NCBI GenBank assembly: GCA_965541585.1
Contig: CBEUCH010000013.1
Span: 1 to 64,000 of the forward strand
Direction: 5' to 3'
Length of the DNA: 64,000 bases
DNA from: an uncultured bacterium
GTDB lineage: Bacteria; Zixibacteria; MSB-5A5; UBA10806
Position 1 is the stretch's first letter, and each line of letters begins with the position of its first letter. Positions 20,932-31,513 of this stretch are shown piece after piece. Both the position numbers and the translations under genes were made by a program. The notes below the pieces were generated by a model that was not told where the DNA came from, did no database searches, and saw only the letters and a list, made by a program, of their open reading frames with translations.

Positions 20932-22766
20932 TTTAACAATAACATCTTTCTGGTTTCCGAATAGTCCCCCGCCTGAATTCTGTAGAAATACATGCCGGAC
21001 GATCTATCGTTGGCATTCCAGATGGCCTGATGATAACCCGCCTGCTGTGCCCCCCGAACCAGCGTTTCCACCCTGCGGCCGAGGATGTCATAAATCTCAA
21101 TAGCGACATCCGAAGGTTCGGGCAGATTGTAACTGATAACGGTCATGGCATTGAAGGGATTGGGGTAGTTTTGGTGAATGGAATACTCGATTGGTAACAG
21201 CTGCTCGCCTGTTATGCCTGTTGGTTCGCATCCCACTCCAAAAGCCCCGATGTCTTCGCCGTATTCTCCGGCACCCGCACAACAGGAGTTTTCCGCCAGA
21301 TAATAATTACGGTCCCCGGGATTACAGAATAGAGGATCGCAATCGATATTCCCCTCGCCTTCCCAGCCGCCCTGGATGTTGGAGTAAGTTATAATTGATT
21401 CGCTTCCAGAATGTTCGTCGGGAATGTCTCCCCAAAGGATACAATTGACAAGTATCGGAGTCGAGCTCCCGTTCCAGATAGCGCCGCCATAATCGGCCGA
21501 ATTATTTGAGAAAGTGCAGTTTATGAGTATAGCTTGTGAATATGTATAATTCGATATTCCCCCGCCGGCGCCGGTAGCAGTGTTATTTGTGATAAGGCAG
21601 TTGGCGATAAGCGGCGTGGACATGTCGTTGGAAATTCCTCCACCGTAATTCCCGGCGTTGTTTGCTGAGATTATGCAGCCGAAAAGAACAGGAATCCCTC
21701 CGAAATTATCCACTCCGCCGCCGCCGTTATGGGCGGTATTTTCGGTTATGATATTGTCTATGATTATCGCATCTGAGTTATCGCAATGAATTCCGCCGCC
21801 GTTTTCGGCCGTATTCTCACGTATAATGTTATCTCGGAGTTCGACGATTGAACTCCGGACGGCAATACCACCGCCGGCGCTGCCGGTATTATTATAGATT
21901 TCATTTTGACGAGCCGTAATATCGGAGACTTGAGCGAAAATCCCGCCGCCCTGACCGAGAGCAATATTACCGTTAATAATATTACTTTCGATTAAGGGAT
22001 TGGAGGTATAGCAGCAGATCCCTCCGCCTTCGCTATTAGCCGTATTCAGGCTAATGGTATTACCGATGATTGCAGGATTAGAGGAAGTAAAACATGCAAT
22101 ACCACCTCCATAGTCGTTTTCCGCGTGATTTTCGACCAGGATGTTATTCTCTATGCGGGGGCTGGAATTGCTGCAACAAATTCCCCCGCCGGCGTTCCCG
22201 GCGGTATTACTATCAATTGTATTATTATGAATAAAAGGATCCGAATCCTGGCAATAGATCGCCCCCCCTGTTAAGTTAGCCGTGTTTTGAGATATTGTGT
22301 TTTTTGTTATGTCGGGAGACGAGTTATCAAAGCAGGCGATTCCACCGCCGTTTGAATTGGAGTGGTTTCCAATTATAATATTATTACTTATCGTTGGCGA
22401 AGAGTTATTGCAATAGATTCCACCCCGGCCGTTTGTTAACGTAAAGCCGCTTATTATTGCGGTACTATTTTCACCATCCGTAAAGCGCACCACCGAACCG
22501 GATCCATCACCATCAATTATCGTCGCAGAAATATAGGTCGTATCCCCAGTCGTCAAGAACAGCGATCCGAGCACAATATTATGCCCGTTGAAATTGATAT
22601 TCTCCACATATGTCCCCGGCTGCACCAGTACGGTATCGCCGTCCGTGCTGGCGTCGATCCCCTGCTGTATCATTGGGTAGTCATCGGGGATGTTGATAAT
22701 GGTGGCAGAAGCGGGCAGGCGGATAATTGCCGTAATCAATACCGTATAAAATATGATCTTTTTCAT
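20928..22766 (-). CDS. Secreted beta-helix (Pmp-like GG-I repeat) protein with T9SS-type CTD
   Basis: Start MKKIIF after SD AGGAG; many NxA..GGGI repeats; CTD. Confidence 0.85.
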   Translation of the reverse strand: MKKIIFYTVLITAIIRLPASATIINIPDDYPMIQQGIDASTDGDTVLVQPGTYVENINFNGHNIVLGSLFLTTGDTTYISATIIDGDGSGSVVRFTDGENSTAIISGFTLTNGRGGIYCNNSSPTISNNIIIGNHSNSNGGGIACFDNSSPDITKNTISQNTANLTGGAIYCQDSDPFIHNNTIDSNTAGNAGGGICCSNSSPRIENNILVENHAENDYGGGIACFTSSNPAIIGNTISLNTANSEGGGICCYTSNPLIESNIINGNIALGQGGGIFAQVSDITARQNEIYNNTGSAGGGIAVRSSIVELRDNIIRENTAENGGGIHCDNSDAIIIDNIITENTAHNGGGGVDNFGGIPVLFGCIISANNAGNYGGGISNDMSTPLIANCLITNNTATGAGGGISNYTYSQAILINCTFSNNSADYGGAIWNGSSTPILVNCILWGDIPDEHSGSESIITYSNIQGGWEGEGNIDCDPLFCNPGDRNYYLAENSCCAGAGEYGEDIGAFGVGCEPTGITGEQLLPIEYSIHQNYPNPFNAMTVISYNLPEPSDVAIEIYDILGRRVETLVRGAQQAGYHQAIWNANDRSSGMYFYRIQAGDYSETRKMLLLK

Positions 22767-22996
22767 GACGCTCTCCTTTGGTTTAGGCATCATAGTTATT
22801 TTATCCTTATAGAATATAGTGATTCATCCACGTTTGTAAAGGGGAAACCGAGAGATTGTATGCGTCAGGATGGAGAATTCGTGACATTCTTACAGATCCC
22901 TACGGGCCGTTTGGCCGTAGGGCCTGACGCCGACCTCAAAATTCCCTTTCATATTATATCTGCATTTATTATCTATGAGCAAATGAAGGAGGCGAC

Positions 22997-23896
22997 TTGC
23001 TCACCGGCGTTCACTTTCTTTTGACATACCAGTGTACTTTCGAATGCGATCATTGTTTTCTCTATTGCTCCCCCGATGCCGCCGGCGTCTTTACAATCGG
23101 CGAAGTTGAATCGGCGTTGCAGCAGATGAAAGAGATGGGTTCGATGAAGACCGCTTATTTCGAGGGCGGCGAGCCGTTTCTTTATTATCCTTTAATGGTA
23201 GAGTCCTTGAGGCAAGCCAAGAAGCTCGGATTTTCAGCCGGGGTGGTCACCAACGGGTACTGGGCGGTCTCGGAGGAGGATGCGGAGTTGTGGTTAAAAC
23301 CGCTGGCGGAAATCGGGATCGATGATCTTTCCGTATCGGATGATCCGATTCATTATCCCGACGGAGAAGACAATAATGCCAAACGGGCCGTTAAGATCGC
23401 CAAAAAACTGAATATACCCTGCGGCTCGATTTGTATCGAAGAACCGAAGGTAATTCATGATGACAAAAAGTGGCGCGGGGAACCGGTGGTGGGCGGCGAT
23501 GTGCTCTTCAAGGGGCGATCGGTCGATAAAATGATGGATAATCTCCCGCGACGGACCTATTCTGTTTTCGACGAGTGCCCGCATGAGGATTTCGAAAAAC
23601 CGGGAAGAATCCATCTCGATCCCTTCGGCAACGTCCAGATTTGCCAGGGAATATCCATAGGCAATATATGGCGGAAACCGTTAAAAGAAATTATGGCGGA
23701 TTACGATCCCAAAGGTCATCCGGTAATCGGCCCGATTCTGAAAGGCGGCCCCGCCGAACTGGCCCGGAAATTCAATTTCGATATTACACCCGGTTTCGTC
23801 GATCATTGCCATCTATGTTTCGAGATCCGCAGGGGACTTTTGGACAGCTTCCCGGATTGCCTTGCCCCGAAACAGGTTTATGGGGTGGAGAATTAG
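22997..23896 (+). CDS. Radical SAM protein with SPASM/twitch-like Cys tail
   Basis: CTFECDHC (CxxxCxxC), GGEPF, TNG, C-terminal C...C...HCHLC; SD AAGGAGG before TTG. Confidence 0.85.
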   Translation: MLTGVHFLLTYQCTFECDHCFLYCSPDAAGVFTIGEVESALQQMKEMGSMKTAYFEGGEPFLYYPLMVESLRQAKKLGFSAGVVTNGYWAVSEEDAELWLKPLAEIGIDDLSVSDDPIHYPDGEDNNAKRAVKIAKKLNIPCGSICIEEPKVIHDDKKWRGEPVVGGDVLFKGRSVDKMMDNLPRRTYSVFDECPHEDFEKPGRIHLDPFGNVQICQGISIGNIWRKPLKEIMADYDPKGHPVIGPILKGGPAELARKFNFDITPGFVDHCHLCFEIRRGLLDSFPDCLAPKQVYGVEN

Positions 23897-23947
23897 CGTT
23901 CTGTCAGATCGTGCCAGTAAAGGTGTGAACTGACGGATTACTTTCAT

Positions 23948-23986
23948 AAAAAAGAAAAGGGCCGGATGCATATGGCATTCGGCCCT
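23948..23986 (-). terminator. Intrinsic terminator for the rhodanese gene
   Basis: AGGGCCG.ATGC...GCAT.CGGCCCT stem with a T-run on the minus strand. Confidence 0.7.
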
Positions 23987-24009
23987 GCAATATAAACTAA
24001 TAGTGAGAA

Positions 24010-25023
24010 TTAACCGCCGGTCTCGATTGGGTAGTCGTGAGAATCAGATCCGTCGTTGAAAGAACTTGCCGCTCTGGCCGATTCATCCTGGGTCCAGCTC
24101 ATAATCCCCCACTTCAGGTTAACCGCATCGTAGCCCATCATGTTCAGAGCGGTCGTTGCCACCTCACCTGTGTGACCGGTATAGCAATAAACCAGAATCT
24201 GCCGGCCGGTCGGCAGCATTTCCAGGTTATCGGCATCGGCTATCTCCCGCCAGGGGATATTAATCGCTCCCGGAATGTGCCCGATGGCGTAGTGATCGGC
24301 GCTTCTAACACTTAATATGATCGGATCGTTGGTGTCGTCGCCATCATTGAGGTTAGCGTGGAGATCTACGGCTGTCATCACCGGTGGCTTGGTATCGCCG
24401 GCGTATGCGTCGGCAGCAGTCCTTACTATTTCAGCGGCATCTTTCGATGTAGTATTGTCAAGGATCGGGAGATCGTTGGTGGCCGGCAGAGTATTAATTG
24501 CCGTTTCAACGTCATAATTATGGGCATCGTTTTCTTCACTGAACGGCTGGCTGGCCCGAACGTCCGCATCGCGAGTCCAGCTCATTATCCCGAACTTCAT
24601 GTTGACGGCGTCATACCCCATCGCCTGCAGGCAGGTCGTGGCGACACCGCCCGTGTGACCGGTATAACAATAGACTACAATCTGCTGGTCGGTCGGGAGA
24701 GTTGCCAGATTGGCGGATTCGGCGATCTCCCTCCAGGGTATATTTTCCGCCTTGGGGATATGACCGATGGCATGATGTGTGGCCGAACGAACGCTTAGAA
24801 TATAAGGATCATTGGTATCGTCGCCATCGTTCAGGTTAGCATATAAGGCCTCTGCGGTCATGACAGGTGCGGCCGTGCCGCCGGCATAAGAGTCAACCGC
24901 TGCCCTGACCACCTCGAATTCATCAACGGGTGGCGGCTTTTCCGTCGCTTCGTCCTCGCCGCATCCCGTGATCATCACAAGCATCAATAATAGCGTTGCA
25001 AGGACTGCAGCAGTTCTTACCAT
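24010..25023 (-). CDS. Tandem rhodanese-domain lipoprotein (sulfurtransferase-like)
   Basis: Lipobox ITGC; two repeats each with GHIP.A.NIP and CYTGHT. Confidence 0.85.
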   Translation of the reverse strand: MVRTAAVLATLLLMLVMITGCGEDEATEKPPPVDEFEVVRAAVDSYAGGTAAPVMTAEALYANLNDGDDTNDPYILSVRSATHHAIGHIPKAENIPWREIAESANLATLPTDQQIVVYCYTGHTGGVATTCLQAMGYDAVNMKFGIMSWTRDADVRASQPFSEENDAHNYDVETAINTLPATNDLPILDNTTSKDAAEIVRTAADAYAGDTKPPVMTAVDLHANLNDGDDTNDPIILSVRSADHYAIGHIPGAINIPWREIADADNLEMLPTGRQILVYCYTGHTGEVATTALNMMGYDAVNLKWGIMSWTQDESARAASSFNDGSDSHDYPIETGG

Positions 25024-25223
25024 TTATCCTCCTTTTGAAAGGTTTACATTATTGCCATCCCGATGGCGGACCATCGGGCACTATCAAATCTGCATTTGCA
25101 GCCGCCTCGGTGGGAGTCAGGATATCAAGATCGGCCTGACGCAAGAAGTAACCGGATATGTCGTCAGGCCATACGGCTCGTAGAGAGACTTGACCGCACA
25201 AGTTAATTATCTGCAGGGCTTGT

Positions 25224-27416
25224 CTATTTCAGTAACACACATTTCTGCGTCTGAGAATATTCACCCGCCTCTATTCGATAGAAGTACACCCCCGATGGCA
25301 CATCTTCAGCCTCCCACACAACCGTATGCGAGCCGGCCGGCTGTTTTCCCGGCACCAACGTCTCTATTCTTCGGCCGAGGATATCATATATCTCGATTGT
25401 CACCGCCGCCTCTTTCGGCAAAGCGTATCTTATAGTTGTGGAGGCGTTGAAGGGGTTGGGATAGTTCTGGGAGAGGGAAAAGGCACTGGGGTAGATAGCC
25501 GAGACCTCTTCAATTCCTGTTTCAGTCAGTTTTAATATCTGGAAATGGCTGTGGGCCGCATCATATATATAATCGCCTTGTAGAAATACTTCGCCGCTGA
25601 GCCAATCTCCCGAAGGGGAATAGACTGAGATTACTGCGGGCGCTGCGGGATTACTAATATCTATTAGTTGAAGCCTGTTGTTACCCGATAGGTAGGCGTA
25701 ACCATCCCTGACAGAAACATGATACGCACTCAGAGAATCACAACTGCCAACGAGATACGGATTCTCTGGATCGGATACATCTATAATCTCTAATCCGTGT
25801 GGAGAAGACGCCACGTAAGCGTATGGTGGTTCTACAAATAGATGGTAACTGCGATCTAGATACTGATGGCTTCCCAAGTGCCTGATAGAGTAAGGATCGG
25901 AAACGTCGAATATCTCCATACTGTATCTACATGAAATGTAAGCGTAATTTCCTACTACATGAATGTATCTTGGCCAGTAAAGATTATGGATCGAATTTAC
26001 TTCGAAAGGCTCAGAGGAGTCGCTTATATCGAGTATTGAGACATACAAGTGAGCTGGCGCAGTAGATTGATACGCAATGATATAGGCAAAAGTACTATCA
26101 GCGAAAATATAATTCATTTCATCCATGTTATTATACATCCCGATTTGAACCGGATCGGCGGGATTGGTTAGATCGAATATCTTCAGTCCGATGTAGTCAT
26201 TAACAATGTATGCATAGTGGCCGTCTATGAATATGTCTATATCCTCTCTTACAGTGTCATACCGATTACCTATCTGCGGATTTTGTGGATCGGAAATATC
26301 AATGACCTGCAAACCGGAAACGCCGTTGGCGATATAGGCGTAATCATCGTAAAGTTGAACGTCATAAACCCGGCCAGGCGGATAATAATATCCTATAATG
26401 TCTGGATCGTAAGGATCGGAGAAATCTATTACATCAAGTCTGGCCGCATAAGGATTAGAGCTAAAGCGGGATAAAGAAAATGACGTATCTCCTGCAACAC
26501 ATAAATCCATAAAATTATGACTTGAATATAATATACCCATCGATACAGGATTGACAGGATCACTCAAATCCAATATGCAAATCCTTCTTGAATCGCCATA
26601 AAGATAGGCTATTTGGTCATCAATAATAATTCTATCGGTATAATATTCAGGGATGTAGACTCCTTCCAGATCAAAACCTTCGGAAATGTTGTAAATATGT
26701 ATGCCGTCAACTGTTATTATATAGGCGTAATTGCCAGAAGAAGACACGCCCCTGAGTGGGTTACCAGGGGGGAAATCAAGGCTGCTAACTCTATGGGGAT
26801 GTGCAGGATTTGTTAGCTCGTATATATCGCAAATGATATACCAGAAATCGAATTCATGAGATAAGATAAACAGGAGCCCGTTTTTGGCGTATATGTCTGT
26901 TACTTTTAGCTGAGCGACCAGTGAATCGACTAAGACTGGATTGGACGGGTCAGAAACATCTATTACCTCCGTTATAGAGTGCGGGAAATATGGATCGGGT
27001 ACCTCGCTTGGAATAAATGCAATATTATCGTATATCTCTATATCACCCAACGATCCATGGTGGGAGTCATAGTTGCCAAGAAGATCTGGATTAAGCGGCT
27101 CAGACAAATCGTATATTCTTAGATCCGGAACATTGTAACCACCCGCAGATTTCATTACAAAAGCATTTGTTCCATCGACAACTATTTTGCCAATATATGG
27201 AATATCGCAATTCTTTACTAAGACCGGATTAGCGGAATCTGCGATACTGAATATTTGCAGGCCATAGAGTCCGCCGCAATAGACGTAGTCTCCAACGGTT
27301 ACGACAGAATAAAATTTGTCGTGAAATAGAGTCGAGCTAACATGCTCAAAATCCTGCCCCCAAAGCGGAGCAAGAGGCAAAAACAATATGACCAATAATA
27401 TAATCAGGCATTTCAT
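25224..27416 (-). CDS. LVIVD-repeat beta-propeller protein with T9SS-type CTD
   Basis: Repeated YAYI...GL.IIDISDP.NP; QNYPNPFN tail. Confidence 0.88.
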   Translation of the reverse strand: MKCLIILLVILFLPLAPLWGQDFEHVSSTLFHDKFYSVVTVGDYVYCGGLYGLQIFSIADSANPVLVKNCDIPYIGKIVVDGTNAFVMKSAGGYNVPDLRIYDLSEPLNPDLLGNYDSHHGSLGDIEIYDNIAFIPSEVPDPYFPHSITEVIDVSDPSNPVLVDSLVAQLKVTDIYAKNGLLFILSHEFDFWYIICDIYELTNPAHPHRVSSLDFPPGNPLRGVSSSGNYAYIITVDGIHIYNISEGFDLEGVYIPEYYTDRIIIDDQIAYLYGDSRRICILDLSDPVNPVSMGILYSSHNFMDLCVAGDTSFSLSRFSSNPYAARLDVIDFSDPYDPDIIGYYYPPGRVYDVQLYDDYAYIANGVSGLQVIDISDPQNPQIGNRYDTVREDIDIFIDGHYAYIVNDYIGLKIFDLTNPADPVQIGMYNNMDEMNYIFADSTFAYIIAYQSTAPAHLYVSILDISDSSEPFEVNSIHNLYWPRYIHVVGNYAYISCRYSMEIFDVSDPYSIRHLGSHQYLDRSYHLFVEPPYAYVASSPHGLEIIDVSDPENPYLVGSCDSLSAYHVSVRDGYAYLSGNNRLQLIDISNPAAPAVISVYSPSGDWLSGEVFLQGDYIYDAAHSHFQILKLTETGIEEVSAIYPSAFSLSQNYPNPFNASTTIRYALPKEAAVTIEIYDILGRRIETLVPGKQPAGSHTVVWEAEDVPSGVYFYRIEAGEYSQTQKCVLLK

Positions 27417-27535
27417 GACACCCTCCGGTTGTCCGGATTTTCGTAACCCTTACATATATATTGTAAGCGGCTCAAAACGAATGTCAAGTGAATTATGGAC
27501 TTGAAAGACTCGAATATTTGAAGAATAATAGCACA

Positions 27536-27607
27536 GTAGGTCGGGTTCCGGAACGAGGTGGAGAAACCCGACAATAATCTGGATTCCCGATCGGTGTCGG
27601 GAATGAC
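27536..27607. repeat. Two adjacent REP-like palindromes
   Basis: GTAGGTCGGGTT...AACCCGACA followed by GGATTCCCGA-TCGGTG-TCGGGAATGAC. Confidence 0.55.
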
Positions 27608-27652
27608 AATTGAAATATAGATCAGGGTATTTGCTTGCCGCCCGAAAGATCC

Positions 27653-28198
27653 TTATATGGCGCCCTCATGCTCCAGGAGCCACTTCTTGCGCCAGAGGCC
27701 GCCGCCGAAGCCGGTCAGATCGCCTGATTTACCGATCACTCGATGGCAGGGCACGACTATCGATATCGGGTTTGAACCGATGGCCATGCCGGCCGCCCGC
27801 GCTCCTTTAGGTCTGCCGACACGCTCGGCAATCTTGCCATAATTGACAGTCTTCCCGTGAGGAATTCTGGTCAACTGCCCCCAGATGCTCCTCTGGAAAT
27901 CGGTCCCGTTATGCCCGATCGGTAGATTGAACTTTTTCAGCCTGCCGTTGAAATACATCTTCAACTGCTTACGGGTCCTATCGAGGACCGGAGATTTTCC
28001 ACCGGATATTTCGGCTCCGGATTGTTTTGCAATCGGTTTCAAAATCGCAGTCGGCCTTCTCCTTCCGAGAAATTCGAGGCGGCATAGTCTGTTTTCATAT
28101 TCGGCGGCAATCATCTTCCCCAGGGGGGTGGGAAATGTCGTATAGTGAATGGCCCCGCCCCTGCTTGCTTTAGATTTCATCTCATCCTCCTTTGTCAT
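27653..28198 (-). CDS. ogt: Methylated-DNA--protein-cysteine S-methyltransferase
   Basis: GTDFQ..W, ARAAG, NPI...PCHRV, GGGL..K. Confidence 0.93.
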   Translation of the reverse strand: MTKEDEMKSKASRGGAIHYTTFPTPLGKMIAAEYENRLCRLEFLGRRRPTAILKPIAKQSGAEISGGKSPVLDRTRKQLKMYFNGRLKKFNLPIGHNGTDFQRSIWGQLTRIPHGKTVNYGKIAERVGRPKGARAAGMAIGSNPISIVVPCHRVIGKSGDLTGFGGGLWRKKWLLEHEGAI

Positions 28199-28322
28199 TT
28201 CTCCCCAAGATATGAATATCCGCCCGGTTGTCCACCGAAAATCAATATGCTAATTAAGACAAAAAACATTTGACCTTTGACGGAACTTACCGATAATTAT
28301 AGAGTATGCAAAGGATTGCGAG

Positions 28323-29561
28323 ATGAGATTGAGGTTTGCAGTAATACTTCTGATTCTGCCGTTGTTGTTCGGCTGCGACGGTGACAATGTTACCGAGCCG
28401 CCCGAGCCGACTCCAATAAGGATTACCAGCCCCTCGAATAACGCCACGCTGGAGGACCCTGTCACGGTGGTGGCTACGGCCGGTTCGGGGTATTCGTTCA
28501 CACGAGTGGACTTCTATATCGATGGTGATTCCATATGGTCGGATAATTCGGCTCCCTATCAATACTACTGGAATATTTTCGTCTACCCCAGCGGTTCGCA
28601 GCATGAGATTCATGCAATCGGTCATGCGGCTGATACGAGTTATACCTCTGCCATCATTACTGTGAATGTGGTTATTACTCGCGGCTTTTCGTTTCTGTCG
28701 GCATATGTACCGAATTCCCTCGTGGCCTATGGCGTGACGACCTATCCAAATGTCATGTTTGTATCCACCGGCGATCCTGGCTTAGAAGTGATAAACATAT
28801 CCAGCAAATCGTCGCCCCGGTACTTATCGAGATACGACAGCTTCGGGCTGGCCATGAAAGCCGATATTTCATTCCCATTTGTTTACATAGCCGATAGAGA
28901 CGAAGGGGCTTTAAGAGTGGATTTTTCTGATGTCGGTTTGCTTGTCCTTACGGGTATTTATAACACTCCCGGTCTGGCAAATGACGTTGCCGTCTCGGAA
29001 AACTATCTTTATGTGGCCGACCAGGACGGTATCGCTATCGCCGATATCTCTAATCCCGATACCTTAATCTTCATAAATCGACAGGAACTTCCGACCGCCG
29101 TTAATTATGTCGTCGTGCGGGGCGATACCGCATTCGTGACCAATGTCGAAGGCTTCTATGTAATCGATTTCACAAACCCCTATTTTCCCGACATTCTGGG
29201 GGGAGCCCCGTACATTACTCAGGGTCAGGCACAGGCGGTGGCAGTGAAGGATACTTTCGCATTCATAGCGGATGGCATTGAAGGTGTAATCGCGCTGTCC
29301 ATAGACGACCCCTCCAACCCGAGGTTCCTGGCCCGCTATGCAGTCGAGCAGGCGGTATCGACCGTCGACGTCGGCGATTCCACGCTGTTTATAGGTGCGT
29401 TCTCCGGTGGAGTTTACGCCCTGGATTATTCTCAGCCGGATACACTGCGATTGATTGACCAGTTCGAAAGCAACAATCTTGTCTGGCAGGTCCATTCCAG
29501 CCCCCCTTATCTCTATGCGGCCACCAGTGGGGGCGTAAGCATACTCAGATTCGTCCGATAG
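28323..29561 (+). CDS. Lipoprotein with Ig-like domain and LVIVD repeats
   Basis: LFGC lipobox; ITSP....VDFYIDG...APY Ig motif; LVIVD blades. Confidence 0.85.
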   Translation: MRLRFAVILLILPLLFGCDGDNVTEPPEPTPIRITSPSNNATLEDPVTVVATAGSGYSFTRVDFYIDGDSIWSDNSAPYQYYWNIFVYPSGSQHEIHAIGHAADTSYTSAIITVNVVITRGFSFLSAYVPNSLVAYGVTTYPNVMFVSTGDPGLEVINISSKSSPRYLSRYDSFGLAMKADISFPFVYIADRDEGALRVDFSDVGLLVLTGIYNTPGLANDVAVSENYLYVADQDGIAIADISNPDTLIFINRQELPTAVNYVVVRGDTAFVTNVEGFYVIDFTNPYFPDILGGAPYITQGQAQAVAVKDTFAFIADGIEGVIALSIDDPSNPRFLARYAVEQAVSTVDVGDSTLFIGAFSGGVYALDYSQPDTLRLIDQFESNNLVWQVHSSPPYLYAATSGGVSILRFVR

Positions 29562-29917
29562 ACGTTCAGCCTGATCCAGACTTATTCTCCCCTTTGAACA
29601 TCAAACTATGTGACGTCATCTTTATCATGAATTCGGCTTGTTATCGCCAATCCGAACAACCGAAAAAAACGAAAAGAGCTAATATTTGCTTGCGTTTGGG
29701 TCGATTTTTTATGATATTATGATGATTGCAATATGCTTCGTGTACCTTTGGGGAAGTATTATGCCGTATTCAGGCCGGTTCCCGAATTGATTTTTTTTTA
29801 AAATTACAAATGAAATCCTTGATGTGCAGGGCTGTAATTCCCTGATGCCGCATGTTGTTATGGTGGTTTCCCGGTCTCTTGATTTTTCTGCCCGGATCTC
29901 ATCAGAGGCGGATCCCG

Positions 29918-31513
29918 ATGCAGAAAAGGCTGCAACAGGTTTGTAGGAATAGAGTGCAGAGAAAACTAAGAATAAATAAAACGGGGCTGCTTGCGGTGGC
30001 GATGGCGGCGGTCCTGGTGATAGCGCGGGAGTCACCGGCACAGGATCCCGGTCTACCGGATTCCATGATAATAGGTAATCTGGACGGTTCGGTTACTCGT
30101 GTCGGATTAGATGCGCAGGTCATACTACCGGTATGGATTAAAACAGACGATTCGGTAACGTTTATCCATATTCCACTGGCATCGGATGACGATTATATTC
30201 AAACTCGAAGCGGGGGGCAGTTATTTCCTCCCTTAAGCCTCTGGGACGAGGTGGAATTCTTAGATCCCAATGTGGATTCGCCTGAACCCGGTATGACGAG
30301 TCAGAGCATTCTCGGCTATGCCTATCTGACCGATCCCCGGGATCCCCAGAACTTCTTGATGACGGACTACGAATGGTGGCATATCGCCGATTACGTCATG
30401 GTCACAACAAATAATCCAGGGGTCATTGGCGATACCACGGGGCTTATTGAGGGTTTTAACGCAAGTTTCGGCGGGCTTATATGGACGCTTCAGGATGGAG
30501 TCACGCAGGTCGATCCGGCGGCCGTCTACGCGCGTTTGTATTTCTCGGAGAACGGCTACCCGGAATTCACAGAACCATCGGAAGGCGCTGAGTTTGACAT
30601 CAACCAGGAGTTTCCCGTCGTATTCAATGTCATCGCCACCGACGAGGATAATGATCATATAGAAATTTCTATCGACTTTAATGAAGATGGATTTTCATTC
30701 GATCCGGTTGAAGTTATCCCCGGATACTCCGAATATCGATTCAGCTGGATACCGGGGCTGGAGGACGAGGGCCCCTTTCCGGTCACCTTTATTGCCGACG
30801 ATAGACGTGGAGGCGTTGTAGAACTCCATATTACCATGTATGTCTCGCCGTCCGTGCTTGAGGTTTATGAGGTCTCCGCCTTACCCGGATCGGAGGTCAC
30901 CGTGCCTCTATTTCTTTCAAATAATGGATTCACGTCCCATGTTAGTGGTTTTGAAATCCTCTTTCGGTACGAAGAGGATTTTACGCCCTTGCGATCCATA
31001 TCCAGAAGCGAACGGATACAGGGCTGGGAGTATTTCAACTTTACGCTGGGGGATTCTTCAACCGCACGGATAGTCGGGATCTCCGATCTCACCGGAGGGG
31101 GACAATCCCTGATCCCCGGTGTCGGTCCCATCGCTTTTCTTCATTTCGAGGTCGATCCTGATGAGAATAATATCGGCCACTATGCTACTATCGATCTCAT
31201 AAGGAACGACGATAACGATAACACTCTCTCGGACACGTCCGGATATCATCTGGTTCACCCGGTTCTCGATGACGGCTGGATACATATCATAGATCAAGAG
31301 GATGTAATAATCGGCGATATCAATTTAAACGGTATACCCTGGGACGTCTCGGATGCTGTTCTTTTCGTCAATCATTTCATCAATCCGGATCTCTTTCCTT
31401 TCACGTGGATACAAATGTTGGCCTCCGATACCAACGGCGACGGCCTTCCCTCTACCTTGGCGGATCTCATTTATCTTCTCAACATCTTGAACGGCAATAT
31501 TCCTCCGCCTTAG
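29918..31513 (+). CDS. Secreted Ig/cohesin/dockerin protein lacking CTD (start uncertain)
   Basis: Signal ...ESPAQD, Ig unit, cohesin-like PGSEVTVPL...DNTLSD, dockerin-like GDINLNG...SDTNGDG...DL. Confidence 0.75.
   Translation: MQKRLQQVCRNRVQRKLRINKTGLLAVAMAAVLVIARESPAQDPGLPDSMIIGNLDGSVTRVGLDAQVILPVWIKTDDSVTFIHIPLASDDDYIQTRSGGQLFPPLSLWDEVEFLDPNVDSPEPGMTSQSILGYAYLTDPRDPQNFLMTDYEWWHIADYVMVTTNNPGVIGDTTGLIEGFNASFGGLIWTLQDGVTQVDPAAVYARLYFSENGYPEFTEPSEGAEFDINQEFPVVFNVIATDEDNDHIEISIDFNEDGFSFDPVEVIPGYSEYRFSWIPGLEDEGPFPVTFIADDRRGGVVELHITMYVSPSVLEVYEVSALPGSEVTVPLFLSNNGFTSHVSGFEILFRYEEDFTPLRSISRSERIQGWEYFNFTLGDSSTARIVGISDLTGGGQSLIPGVGPIAFLHFEVDPDENNIGHYATIDLIRNDDNDNTLSDTSGYHLVHPVLDDGWIHIIDQEDVIIGDINLNGIPWDVSDAVLFVNHFINPDLFPFTWIQMLASDTNGDGLPSTLADLIYLLNILNGNIPPP

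Noticed and set aside
22997..23896. Radical SAM enzyme as maturase of the 25-aa peptide
   Set aside because: About 19 kb away, no RRE domain seen, and no evidence of linkage.
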